Assembly: GCA_033442325.1 (NCBI GenBank)
Contig: JAWQFM010000003.1
Span: 93,873-157,872 of the forward strand
Origin: Salpingoeca rosetta
Taxonomy: Eukaryota; Protista; Choanoflagellata
DNA: 64,000 nucleotides
Direction of reading: 5' to 3'
Below, piece after piece: positions 1-14,912 of this stretch. Every line of letters starts with the position of its first letter. The stretch's first letter is position 1. The notes beneath the pieces were generated by a model. The model did not search any database, was not told the DNA's origin, and saw only the letters and a list, made by a program, of their open reading frames with translations. The translations under genes were made by a program, and so were the position numbers.

Positions 1-1578
1 GCCCGCGGCAGCGAGGACGGCGGCAGCGAGATAAGCGCCATCCGCGGGCGTGCACAGCGGACACACGGGAGCCTGCGACTCCGTGGAGACAGCCAGACCG
101 CATTTAGCGACGACGTGAGCAGCGATGCAGGCAGCATCAGCCCCCGCAGCACCACCCGCATGCTCTCTCCGCCGCGACAGTATGATGTCGGTGGCACGGA
201 GAGCGAGACAGATGTGGATGACGCTGTATCGCGGGCGTCTGCTGCCCACGACCACGCCACTTCGCCTGCTGCCGTGCTGCCATCCATGACACACGACGCC
301 AGCGACTACGATGCCAACAACCAACACAGCGCGGATACACAAGCGATCAGGCCAGCATATGGGGCTGAGTCTGAGGGCACGGCGCCACGGCCGCTCGAGA
401 TGCGTTCTCCGCTCCGTCGCATATGGGCGGTGGTCACGGGCGCGGGGGCAGACGTGCGCGACATCCTGAGCAACCCGACCTTCACCGCCGTCTCTGTGGG
501 GAACACGCTCGACGGGTTTATTGTCGGCGGCGTGGGCACGTTTCTGCCTGCGTTTGTGGAGACGCAGTTCCACGTGTCTGCCTCTGAGGCAAGCTTCTAC
601 ACGGGGGTGGCCATCATCATGGGCGTGACCACGGGCACCATGGCGGGCGGGTGGCTGGTTCGGCGCCTCAACCTCACCGCAAAGCAGACTGCCCTTGCCA
701 TTGTGTGCTTTGCTGTGATGACGCTGCTGTTTCTCAGCATGTTCCTCGTGACGTGCGCGACGCTTGATGTTGCCGGCGTCAACACCCCCTACAACTACAT
801 GCAGGACTCGCACGACATCGTCCCCGGCTGGGGCGACAACGTGACTGGGCCCGTGTGGGAAGGGTGCACGCCAGACTGCCACTGCTCCCTGCGCGACTTC
901 CGTGCGGTGTGTCATCGCCCCACGGGTGTCACCTTCTTCACACCCTGCGCTGCAGGCTGCACACTGGACCTCTCTGCTGAGGGCATGTATGGCAACTGCT
1001 CCTGCGTCATACCCGCCAACACCACGACGACAACAACGACGACAACAACAACAACGGCAATGCCAGCGACAACGCCTGTTGCTGGTGGTGGTGGGAATGG
1101 CACGTATGGCGAGGTGGTGCACGTTGGGCGGTGCAGCGGCAACTGCAACTCGCTTCCGGTCTTCCTTGTTCTCCTGTTTGCAGCCATGGTCACCCTGTTC
1201 ATGGCAGCGGTGCCCGTCACGCAGGTGCACCTGCGCTGTGTTGCCGAGGAGCAGCGCAGCATGGCGCTCGGCGTGTCGCAGGCCCTCTCGCGCCTCTTTG
1301 GCGCTGTTCCCGGCCCCATCATTGCGGGCGCCCTTCTTGATCGCGCGTGTTTGCTGTGGGAGGAGCGCTGCAACGGCACACGCGGCTCCTGTCTCCAGTA
1401 CAACAACCCGCAAATGGCGCGGACGCTTGGCCTGGCCACCCTCATTGCGAAATGCGCGTCGGTGGTTGCGTACTTCTGGGGATACTACCGCTTCCCGCGC
1501 CACAGGGACGTTGCCTATCAATCTGACAAGAAGCAGATTTACGAGCTGCAAGAGCAAGGCGACGAGTCTGTGGCCTGA
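1..1578 (+). CDS. Organic anion transporting polypeptide (OATP/SLCO), 3' part; 5' end lies upstream of the window
   Basis: MFS-type TM helices ([22 protein letters not shown]), a Kazal-like Cys domain ([12 protein letters not shown]...[10 protein letters not shown]) and the OATP C-terminal motif [24 protein letters not shown]...GSCLQYNN. Stop at 1576-1578. Confidence 0.9.
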   Translation, partial: ARGSEDGGSEISAIRGRAQRTHGSLRLRGDSQTAFSDDVSSDAGSISPRSTTRMLSPPRQYDVGGTESETDVDDAVSRASAAHDHATSPAAVLPSMTHDASDYDANNQHSADTQAIRPAYGAESEGTAPRPLEMRSPLRRIWAVVTGAGADVRDILSNPTFTAVSVGNTLDGFIVGGVGTFLPAFVETQFHVSASEASFYTGVAIIMGVTTGTMAGGWLVRRLNLTAKQTALAIVCFAVMTLLFLSMFLVTCATLDVAGVNTPYNYMQDSHDIVPGWGDNVTGPVWEGCTPDCHCSLRDFRAVCHRPTGVTFFTPCAAGCTLDLSAEGMYGNCSCVIPANTTTTTTTTTTTTAMPATTPVAGGGGNGTYGEVVHVGRCSGNCNSLPVFLVLLFAAMVTLFMAAVPVTQVHLRCVAEEQRSMALGVSQALSRLFGAVPGPIIAGALLDRACLLWEERCNGTRGSCLQYNNPQMARTLGLATLIAKCASVVAYFWGYYRFPRHRDVAYQSDKKQIYELQEQGDESVA

Positions 1579-2422
1579 CTTTAGGGATGTCTTGCTTTGT
1601 GTGTGTGTGTGTGTCTGTGTGTGTCTGTGTCTGTGTGTGTGCGTGTGTGCGTGTGTGTGTATGGGTGTGTGTCTGTGTGTATGGGTGTGCGTGTGTGTGT
1701 ATGGGTGTGTGTCTGTGTCTGTGTCTGTGTGTGTGTCTGTGTCCGTCTGTGTGTTGCTGGCGAGCTTATCCTTGGTAGCTCGTGTTCATTGTCGCGACGC
1801 TGATGTGCCAGGTCGCCTGCAGTGCTTCGTATTGCATGTAGCACACCAACCAGGCTTGCTAACCTTGTCGTAGACATCTTCTTTCTCTGTGCACCATCAT
1901 TGTCGCTTCATTATTTTTTATCCGCTTAGGTTCTGTTCCCACGAGGTCACCCCCCCCCCACTTCCATATGCTTCCTGTAGGTTCTGCTGACGTTGTCTCA
2001 TAGCGCAGACTGAGAGCTTTCGTGCTCACGGCGCTGCACGAGTAAACAGTGACACAATGTTGAAGTTGACTGCTGAACGTTGAATGTTCAAGGTTGGATG
2101 CTGAATGTTGAATGTGTAACTTTACTTTGGGGCCCTTGGTTGCTCGGAATATTTCGCGGGACAACAAAGAGCCAGCTGGCATGTGAGGTCGTCGTGGTGG
2201 ATGACTGCGTGGCTGAAGCAGCACAGTGAACAAGGATAACAAACAGCGGGGCAGCGGGGATGAACCAGGAAATGGCAAGTGCGCCAATTCATGCTTGTTC
2301 ATATACACGCCAGGCGATGACCACAAAAAGAATGATGGCGGGTGTTGTTCTAGTGGTGGTGGTGGATAGTGAGGCCGGCGTGTTTGCGCTCCGCGTCACA
2401 GGTGCGCCTGCAGCTTTGCGAG

Positions 2423-4619
2423 TCACTGCACAATCTTGAGTGCCGTCTCCCGCTCTTGTTGCTGTCGGGAAGAGATGAGGACAGAGGCACAAAAAAAGGA
2501 AACAGTGGTACAAGACAGTGGGTGCAGGAATGCGTGCGTGAATGTGTAAGTGTATAAGTTATGAGCATTCGTAGATGAGCATGAGTGAACAGTGCCAGAG
2601 AGATTGCGTGTGCGTGTGTGTGCGTGTGTTCGTGTGTGTGTGTGTGTGTGCGTGTGTGTGTATGTGCGCGCGTGTGTTCGTGTGTGTGTGTGTGCGTGCG
2701 TGCGTGTGTGTGTGTGCGTGTGTGTGTGTGTGTGTGTGTGCGTATGTGTGTGTGTGTGTGTGTGTGCGTATGTGTGTGTGTGTGTGTGTGCAGTGGTGTG
2801 AATACGCGGACCCAGTGGAACGTGTGCACAAGAGTTCCCGCCTCCACTCCATCCATCACATGCCGCCGACACGGACCAGTTCGTGCTCGGTTGCGCGCAT
2901 CTTGTCACGCGAGAAATCGCTGATCTCCAGCCCCTCAACAACGCTGATGACGCCGTCCTGTCATTCAGACACACGCACACACATGTACACACATACGCAC
3001 ATGCCCGCGTGCAAGCACCAATAGCAGCGCGTGTGAGTGCAGCAAAGCAACTTTGACACGCAGCTCCACAGCGAAGACAGCGCGCAGTGCAATCCACACA
3101 CAGCACGCAATACATCACGCAGCACACAGCACACAGCACACAGCACACAGCACACAGCACATAGCACGCATAACACACACGTGCAAGTGCGCGAACACCA
3201 CCATACCTTGATGGTGACGGGCATGGAGAAGACAATGCCTGCGTTGATGCCGTACTTGCTGCCATCCGTCATCACACCCATCGACGTGAACTCGCCCTGC
3301 TCACCACCGCGTCACCATCGTGCGTGTGTGAAGCAAAGTACAAGTGAGTGGGCCTGCAACGCCTTGTGGATGTACACGGGCAAGCGGAAGTCAAACCAGT
3401 TGACCGTATCTGCCAGGACAGAACATGACAACAGCTCCATGTGTGCGGAACGCGATGAGCAAACCACGGTGCTCACCTCCTTTGTGCCGTGCCACCAGAC
3501 ATGCATGTGGTCTGCCACAGCCTTTGCGGCCGACATGGCGCTGGACAGCTTGCGCGCCTTGATCACAGCAGCGCCACGCGTCTGCACAGCCTGTGGTGGC
3601 AGCGGTGGTGGTGGTGGTGACATGGGGTAACACGATGATGATGGTGAGACACGAGAAGCAAAGCTCGGTGTAGGGGTGCAGTTGGAACGCAACGCACGAG
3701 GAAGACAAACAAATGAAATCTGCCGAACAAAACCCACAGGCAAATGCCACCCCATACTACAACACCACAGACAACTCGTCATTCGGCCACTGCAGCCAGT
3801 ACCTTGATGAAGTCACCATGGAGCCATGCCTCGTCGCCAACGGCCTTCTTCACAGACGTGCGCGCGCCGTCAGCGCTCACAATCACGGCGTGCTCGACAT
3901 CCGGGTACTGGGTGGAGGAGTGGTTGCCCCAGATGATGACGTTCTTCACCTGGCTCGTGTTGACGCCGGCGCGCTCGGCAACCATGGCACGCGCGCGGCT
4001 CTACACGCAGGAGAGGACGTGGGGAGGGTCGAAGGAGAGGGTGTAGGAGGGTGGGTTGGTGTGCGTCGAGAGGTGTGGCGAGTTGTGACGTGAATGGGGA
4101 GTGGCGGTGGTGGCAATGAAGAAGATGGTCAAGGACAATGTGTGTAGCGGGAGGATGGGAGGGAACAAGATGGGGGAAAGAGCCGGGGGTAGGGGGACAA
4201 ACCAATGGCACGCTCATGGTTGCTTTCGAGTGACAGGGCAGAGATCAAAGTGCAGGAATGTAACGCATGAATGAAACAGATTTGCAGGTGCAGTCTGTGC
4301 TGTGGCTGGTGCACCGACCTGGTCGAGGTGGGTGAGTGCGGTAAACTGGGACTTTGGGATGCTGGGAGCAAACTCGGAGGTGACGAGGGCGTTGGTGTTG
4401 GCCGGGTTGCCGACAACGACAACACGCACAGTCTTCTTGGCAACCTTGTCCAGCGCGGCGCCCTGCACCTTGAAGATGCCGGCGTTCTTCTCCAGCAGGT
4501 CCTTGCGGAGCATACCCTCGCGGCGTGGCATTGCACCAACCTACTTGGGCAGCGAGTGCACACGAAGGGACGTTGGTGTGCGTGCGCGTGTGAGCAGGTA
4601 GGTGTGAGTGAGGGGAGGG

Positions 4620-4650
<31 letters not shown>

Positions 4651-5362
4651 AACATAGGGACCACAGCAACACATTCGTGTGTCTGCATGCACGCACGCAT
4701 GTACGCAGACACAGTGTGACACATTGCTACGCGCACATGCAAATACCACACACACGCTCGCACCAGCATGGCTGCGTCGCAGTCCTTGAAGGCGACCATG
4801 GGATCGTCCGTGGCAACAATCTCTGCACAGCACATTCCCCAGAGCAGCACAAGCACAGGAGGGAAACAAAGGGTTGGGGAATCGGAGGCTGTGTGAGGGC
4901 AAGACACCGCAGCAAGAGGTCGCAGCGAAAAAATAAAATAAAGAATGTTGTGAACATGCGCAGCAAAGAGCGAACTTACTGTTGACGAGCTCAAAGGCGC
5001 AGTCCGAGAGCTCCATGATGACTCCGTTGACCGTGCCCATCATGGGAGTGATGTCAAGCAGGTGCAGGTTCACGGGCTGCCACACATTGTCAGTGGCAGG
5101 GTTCATCGTCATCATGATGACGGTGGTGGTGGTGGTGGTGGTGGTGATCATGAGCTCAGCACAAAGCGCAGGTTGGGATGCGTGTAAGTGTATGATTGCG
5201 TGCATGCAAACGCTCATGGGTGGTGCGTGGAAGATGATGTCACACACCTGGTCCTCGCCAAAGACGTTGCCGCGGCAGATGAGGGGAAGAAGGGAGTAGG
5301 CGATCTGGCCGGCGGCGCCGGTCACGCACACGTTGATGGGTTCCTGAACAAGTCATATGTGC

Positions 5363-5440
<78 letters not shown>

Positions 5441-5672
5441 ATGTGTGAGCAAGAGGGTGTGCACATGTGTGAGAACCAGTGCTGGATGGCAGATGACGTG
5501 AGACAACTCCACGACAACGAATGTCCGACAAGACAACACACGGACGCACACAGCCTTGCACACCCACACGCATCTCATGCGCCCACGATCGCACCAAAAC
5601 CACACAGATCATGCATCTATCCACCCGTAGGACATCCTGTGCAGTCCCCCCTCCCCTCACCTTCTGAGCCAT
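2423..5672 (-). CDS. MDH1: Cytosolic malate dehydrogenase (multi-exon)
   Basis: Spliced MAQK|[84 protein letters not shown] and ...[14 protein letters not shown] junctions. Confidence 0.96.
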
Positions 5673-6018
5673 GATGCTGGTGCTAAGAGGTGGAGAGAAC
5701 GAGACGGTTGTGAATTGGCTGGATGGATGGTCACTCGCGGTCAGTGAGTGGTCGGTCGGTTGGTTGAGCAGTGCGGAAAGAAAAATGATTTGTGTGCACA
5801 GTGGCAACGAAGCAACAACAAAGATCTGATTGCACTTGTTGCTTTCGTTTGCTTTTCGTTCGCCCCAGACATTGCGTCACGCTCACATACAACTGAATTC
5901 AGTCACTGTGGTGTTGAGATGAATTGCACATATTAATCGCCCGATATCGACCGCTGCAAACGACACAATCAGCAACAAGCAGCGCCATCTCGAACACGGA
6001 GACCACCATCACAACGCC

Positions 6019-8781
<2,763 letters not shown>

Positions 8782-8965
8782 TCTCCCTTGCCTGTCGATG
8801 TCTGTGTTTCTTCTGGGTGCAGAGAGAGAGAGAGAGAGAGAAAGGGAGGGGGGGGGCGAGGGAGGGTCTTGCTGTTCTGTTGTTCAGAGAGACACACACA
8901 TAAACTCACAGCACAGAAGCAGCAAGGAAGTGAAGACAGCAAAAAGCAAAGCACACACACTGAAC

Positions 8966-9484
8966 ATGGCAACTGTTGGGCGAAGCACGCAGGAGACCAC
9001 GTCTCAAGGCCAAGATGGGCAGCACCGCATGCGCGTCGATGCCAAGTACAACCAGCTGAGCGAGTACAAGCCGAAGCTGCGCAAGGTCATGCTGGTGCTG
9101 AATGCCTTCTATCTCATCACCGCCATCGTCTCCGCATATGTGTACAAGCAGAACGGCTCCACCTACCTGCACCCTGCCATCTTCGCCGGCCTCGGGCTGC
9201 AGGTGCTGGCCAGCCGCGCCCTCAAGCGCAACAGCGCAGGCATCCTCGTCCTGTTCTCCACCCTCACCTCCGTCGCGGGCGCGTACCTGGTGTATGCGGG
9301 CGTGGGCCGCACCATGACCGTCATCGAGATTGCCGGCGCGTCGCCGTTCACCATCTTCCTGCTCGTCGTCAACGCATTGGGGGCTCTCGGCCATCTTGTT
9401 GCCGTGTACTACGCTCGTCGCCTCGTCGATGCCATGCGCATCACCGCCAGGCAGCGACCAACCAAGTCCAAGAAGGCCCAATGA
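8966..9484 (+). CDS. JAGN1: Jagunal-like ER membrane protein (intronless, 172 aa)
   Basis: N-terminus GQDGQHRMRVDAKY resembles jagunal GxDGSDFxHRERVAxHY. Four hydrophobic segments, YYARRLVDA near the end, and a C-terminal KKAQ (KKxx ER retrieval signal). Confidence 0.75.
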   Translation: MATVGRSTQETTSQGQDGQHRMRVDAKYNQLSEYKPKLRKVMLVLNAFYLITAIVSAYVYKQNGSTYLHPAIFAGLGLQVLASRALKRNSAGILVLFSTLTSVAGAYLVYAGVGRTMTVIEIAGASPFTIFLLVVNALGALGHLVAVYYARRLVDAMRITARQRPTKSKKAQ

Positions 9485-9526
9485 TTCTATGTCTGTGTCT
9501 CTGTGTCTGTGCCTGTATCTGTGTGC

Positions 9527-9590
<64 letters not shown>

Positions 9591-10219
9591 CTGTGTCTGT
9601 GTCTGTCTGTCTGCCTTTCTGTGCATGTGTCTGTGTGCGCGCGCTGCTTGCGCTTTCTTCGCACAGCACGCCCCTCTTCTCTTCTTGTTTGTCTTGGCGC
9701 TGCGTACTGCCTGCCGTGCTCTGGCGCGTGCAGTGCCAACTTTGGCCTGACTTGCCACGATGTGCCCATGTACCCACGCTGCTGTAGCTCGAACCAATGA
9801 ACCGTGATGATTAATGCATGTGGCTGCTGCCTCTTTGGATACAAGTGCGCAGTGTTGCTGCACGCATGAGTGCACCGAGCGCACGGTGTGGAGACCTGCA
9901 TGGCCCAACCGAGTGGGCCCAGCTCAATGGCTGGAGTGTGGGCGCTTCGATCAATCCATTTCACGCGCAGACGGTTACAGAGGACGATGTCGGCACTCGT
10001 GTCGACGCCGTGCTGGCGGCGTGCGCTGACACGTCCACGCCGTCAACTTGCAACGGTAACAACAGTCAGTTGACGGCAGAGAAGGGGAAGAGGAGAGGGA
10101 GTGTAGGTGCGGAGGCCTGCACTTTCTCTGGCTGACGCCGTCATTGGTGGTGTTGAGCTCATCGCCACTGCTGTTGTCACTCTGCTTGCATATGCCGCCA
10201 TATGCACATGGAATGCCAG

Positions 10220-10340
10220 ATGCCGTACTTCACGCTGCGTACGGGCGATCGGATCCCGGCCATCGGCATTGGCACGTTCACTGGCACGCGGTTAACGCAG
10301 CAGGCCGAGCCGGGCGACATGTACGACAACATCATGCCTC
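10220..10340 (+). pseudogene. Orphan aldo-keto reductase N-terminal fragment
   Basis: MPYFTLRTGDRIPAIGIGTF matches the AKR N-terminal consensus (TLxxGxxxPxxGxGT). No further AKR exons seen before the convergent PRORP stop at 10506. Confidence 0.5.
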
Positions 10341-10505
10341 TAACGCGCTTTAATACACGACCATACCTGGACAAAGCACAGAAGCTTCCACAACACTTGC
10401 ATTCGTGCACATTCCCATATGCACGCACACACGCATGCACGCACAAATGCATGATCACATGCACCTCCTCCTGTCCATTTGCTACTCCACACCATGTCTG
10501 TGCCG

Positions 10506-10741
10506 TCACCCGACGAGCTGGTCTGCATATGCGCAGCACAGCCAGGTGTTGTCGACACAGGGCAAGTGCCATGCAGTCTCGGTTGGCTGTGCGACGTTGT
10601 CATGCTTTGGCGGCCACATGAGGTTGATGGTGGGCTGTCGGCTGCCTCGTTTGTACACCATATCGTAGCTGATGCAGTGCCCGCGCCGCCACCGGTCAAA
10701 CAGATGTCCACCGGGTATCTGATTTGTGTGTGTGTGTGTGC

Positions 10742-10827
<86 letters not shown>

Positions 10828-11302
10828 GTTTGAGATCTTCATCCAGGCTCACACCGGCGGCACGTGAGCGCCCAGCGTCATCACAGCATCACCAACGGCA
10901 GGATGTCATCGCACCTTTGATACGCGGTACATGTGGTCGCGGAACATGTCGTTCGTCAGCACGTATGAATGCGGCTGTGGGTGTGTGGGTGTGTAGCAAT
11001 GGCGAAGCATAAGCAAGAATGGTGAGCTGTGTGAAACCATCTACAATTGGGGAGGGGGGGGGCTTGCAGAACAGTCATTGTTCCAAACACAACAGTGTGC
11101 AAGGAACGTCTTGCATGCACCAGCAAGACCACACCCCACTCACCACCCCACCCATACCGCCACCGCCCCGTTCCAGGACACGCCGTATTGCATACCCGCA
11201 ATTGGACGGCCGCACAGATGAATCGAATGTCATCGGACAATTTGTCCGCCAGCAGCAGGAGGCGACCTGTTCCATTGCAAAAAAACGAGTTCGTGGTAAG
11301 CC

Positions 11303-11396
<94 letters not shown>

Positions 11397-13241
11397 ATAT
11401 GCACTTGTGGCATCATCACACCACCCACCTTCGTCCTGCAGCTCGTCTATTCTTGCTTGTTGCCAACGATCTGAACCGTCAACACATACACACACGTACA
11501 CGCAAGTGCACACATCAGTTTGTGATGAATGACTGTGAGTGCCGAAACTGGCAGTGCAATGCCGATCAGTTCATCAGCTCGTCCACCAACGGCATGAACG
11601 TTCATGACGCAACTGAGTCAAATGTCACCCACTTGTGCGCTTGATGGCGTGGCGTCGCAGAACTACAACGTACGAATAACCGGCAGCCTGACAATCACAC
11701 ACAATGTGTGTTGTGTATGTGTGTTGTGCGTGTGCGTGTGCGTGCGTGTGCGTGCACGTGTGTGAGTGCTCAAAACTTTGGACGACCTCCACTCCATTCT
11801 CACGACCGCGAACAACAACGAACATCAGCATGCCCTCCACCAACACATACACCGGCATCACCTTGAGCTGGTGGGCGACAGCGAGAACGAGGTCGAGTTG
11901 AAACGCCTTCACGCCAAAGTGGCCGACGTTCAGCCCATCAATGAAAATCTCGACGTCACCCTGCACACACATGCACACACGCGCGCGTGCAGTGCAGGGC
12001 GATGCATGGGGTGGATGGAGGCGTCCTACGTGTGAGACACAGCCCACACACCATCTCGAAATCATGCACACATGCACAAAAGGAACGTGTTCACTCACGC
12101 ACAGCCGCACACACGCATGACACACACAAGTGTAACCACACACGCAGATGCCCGACAACACCCGCCCATTCACACGCACACACACATACGCTATTGACAC
12201 ACGCACACACATATGCTCTTACACACGTGAGTGCGCACTCACGAGGTTTTCGATCATTTGTTTGAGGCTTGCGACCTCCGTGTCCGGTACGCGCTCGTGC
12301 TGGAGATATTGCGTCACGGCGCCGCTCAGTTGCGAAAGGTCGTCGTCTGTCATGGAGACGGAGGTGGGGAGGCGGAGCGTGAAGGACGTGGCATGTGGTC
12401 ATCACATGGAGAACAGAATGCATGTGCGCGTGTGTCTGTCTGTCTCTCTGTCTGTTTGTGTGCCTGTCTGTGTGTGTGTGTGTGTGTGCATGTGTGCATG
12501 TGTGTGTGCATGTGTGTGTGCATGTGTGCATGTGTGCCTGTATGTGTGTGTGTGTGTTGTGTGTGTTCACGTGCATGTAGACCATTGTACCTCGCAAGCG
12601 TGCGCATGAATACATGGCAGTACGTACCGCTGAGGGCGATGGGTCTGAGGGCATCTGCGCATGACATACATCGACCCGTGTGCTGCTCGATGGTGGTGGG
12701 CGCCACATCCCACTCGTCGCTTCGCCCAACGTGCTCCAGAATGGCCGCGCACAGCCGCTCCCCAAGCGCTGGAGTCGTGATGTGGCGGCATGTGGTGGTG
12801 TGGTGGGTTCGTGTGATGGGGTGAAAACTCGGGCGTTGGTGCCCATCATTTGCAGATGAAACAGAGTGTACACCACCGTTGCCTGAAGAGCAGGGAGCAA
12901 GCACACACACACACACGCACATACACACGCCCACAACCACACGCTACAACCACACATACATCCACACACAAATGAATATGATTGATGCACGGGCACACGC
13001 AAACTCACGTTGATTTGATGTCTCGAAGAGGCGAAACAACACGGCCAATTGCTGAACACGTTCGTCTCCGCACAGCTGCTGCACCGCGCACTCGACCACA
13101 ACCGCCAGCACATCGTTCATGCTCTCATATGCAGAGTGACCCTGCGACCGCAGTATGCAGGCGCGAGCACGTGAGTTCGGGCCGCATTGAGCACGGTGTA
13201 TGTGTATGTGTGTGTGTGTGAGTACATGTTTGTGTGTGACT

Positions 13242-13286
<45 letters not shown>

Positions 13287-13618
13287 TCCCTGCTGCGCTG
13301 CAACCCTGCGTGTGTGAGCGTCTGTTCATACCGGATATGGCATGCGCAGCTCGTCCATGACGCGCGAGACCTCCTCAATGGCGACCGTTGCGTCCACGCG
13401 CGCTCGTGTTTCGATCAGCTACGTCCCGGCAGCAGCCAGCCGTGGGAAGATGGTGCGACCATGATGCACAATGGCGAGAAGCAACGTGGTGTTGGTGAGA
13501 ACAGTTGGCATCAAGCTACACACTCATTTCGAAACACCCGTGCGATCAAAACACCCACACACACACACACACACGCACACACACACACACGCACACACAC
13601 ACACGCACACACACACAC

Positions 13619-13665
<47 letters not shown>

Positions 13666-14816
13666 TATGAATGTGTGCGGGCGCAAGCAGTCAAACACGC
13701 CTCAACCGCGAACAAACACACACGCGCACACAACAACCCGTCAACCGCACATGCTAAACCGCACATACACATACACATCACATACATAGCATCATCACCT
13801 TCCCCTTCCCGTTTGCTTGTGGCATTGCCCACCTTCCAGAAGGTGCGGTAGTGCGGGACAATATTGAAGCGACGCATGGTGTTGATGACGTCCTGCGCCA
13901 AGTCCAAGTCGTTGTTGGACGCGCAGAGTGCCACCAGCTTGGAGAGCACGTTCTCCGATGGCTGGTAGCCCACAGAGAGCAGCATCTCGTACGTCTGGAA
14001 GGCTTTGAGGGGCAGGTTCGCTGTTGCAAAGATGTAGAGGAGGGAGTGGAAGCTGGTGTCTGGCAGCAGAATGCCTTGGTCTGCAAGCGCAACCGATTTC
14101 TGCAGCAGCACAGACGCCATATCCACGTCCAGATCCTTTGTTGCACGATGGATGTCTCCCAGCATCGGGTGTTTGCTGACCAGCTTTGGCTGAGAAGTGC
14201 TTTCGCTGTCTCCGTGATCGCCAGACAGCGTGAGCACCCGCGCGTCCTTGCTCAGGATGCGGCGAATGTCGGCGCGCTCGCTCTCCGTCAGCGCCGCTGC
14301 AACTGTCGCTGTCGAAGCCGCTGAGCCCACGGAAGCGGAGGAATACGTGGAAGTCCGCCACGCAGCGCTGCTCCTATGCAGATGTCGAATCGACGCCATC
14401 ATTCGTGTCATCATCGCACCTGTCGTGCATGTTCCTACTGTTGCTACTGGTGCTGTTGCCGTCGTTGTTACTGGTGCAACTGCTGCTGTTGTTGTTGGTG
14501 CTGCTGTTGCTGTTGATGATGCTGCTGCTGTGCATGCTGTTGGTGTTGTTGTTGTTTTTGATGATGCTGCTGCTGTGCATGTTGTTGGTGTTGTTGTTGT
14601 TTTTGGTGGTGCTGTTGTTGGTGCTACTTCTGTCACTGGTGCTGCCGTTCCCGTTACTGCAGTTGCAGCGGGCGCAAGCACGCTATGCGCCCTTGCAACA
14701 TGACCTGTGTTCCACAGTGTACTGCGACTCCTTGCCCACCGCACTGAACCACCACCGCCGCCGCCACACAATGCACACAATCCACCACCACGGGTCGCCA
14801 AGCGTGCCCACATCAT
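10506..14816 (-). CDS. PRORP: Protein-only RNase P (PPR + Zn site + NYN nuclease), probably mitochondrial; about 11 exons
   Basis: Exon 1 has an Arg-rich presequence and PPR repeats. Phase-compatible downstream exons give GRCMSC (Zn), EIFIDGLNVG (11862-11960), LSDDIRFICAA, VLTNDMFRDH, FDRWRRGH, WHLP and WLC, then TGA at 10506-10508. Confidence 0.92.
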
Positions 14817-14912
14817 CAACAACCAACGTGCCCACAGGACTCTGCGAGTGCGGAATGTTGTTTATGATACGCGTATATTTTCCACAACACGCGTCCGCGG
14901 AGAGAAGAGGCG

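Noticed and set aside
1859-2330. 155-aa ORF in the relatively AT-rich stretch between OATP and MDH1
   Set aside because: No recognisable motif; most likely 3' UTR or intergenic sequence.
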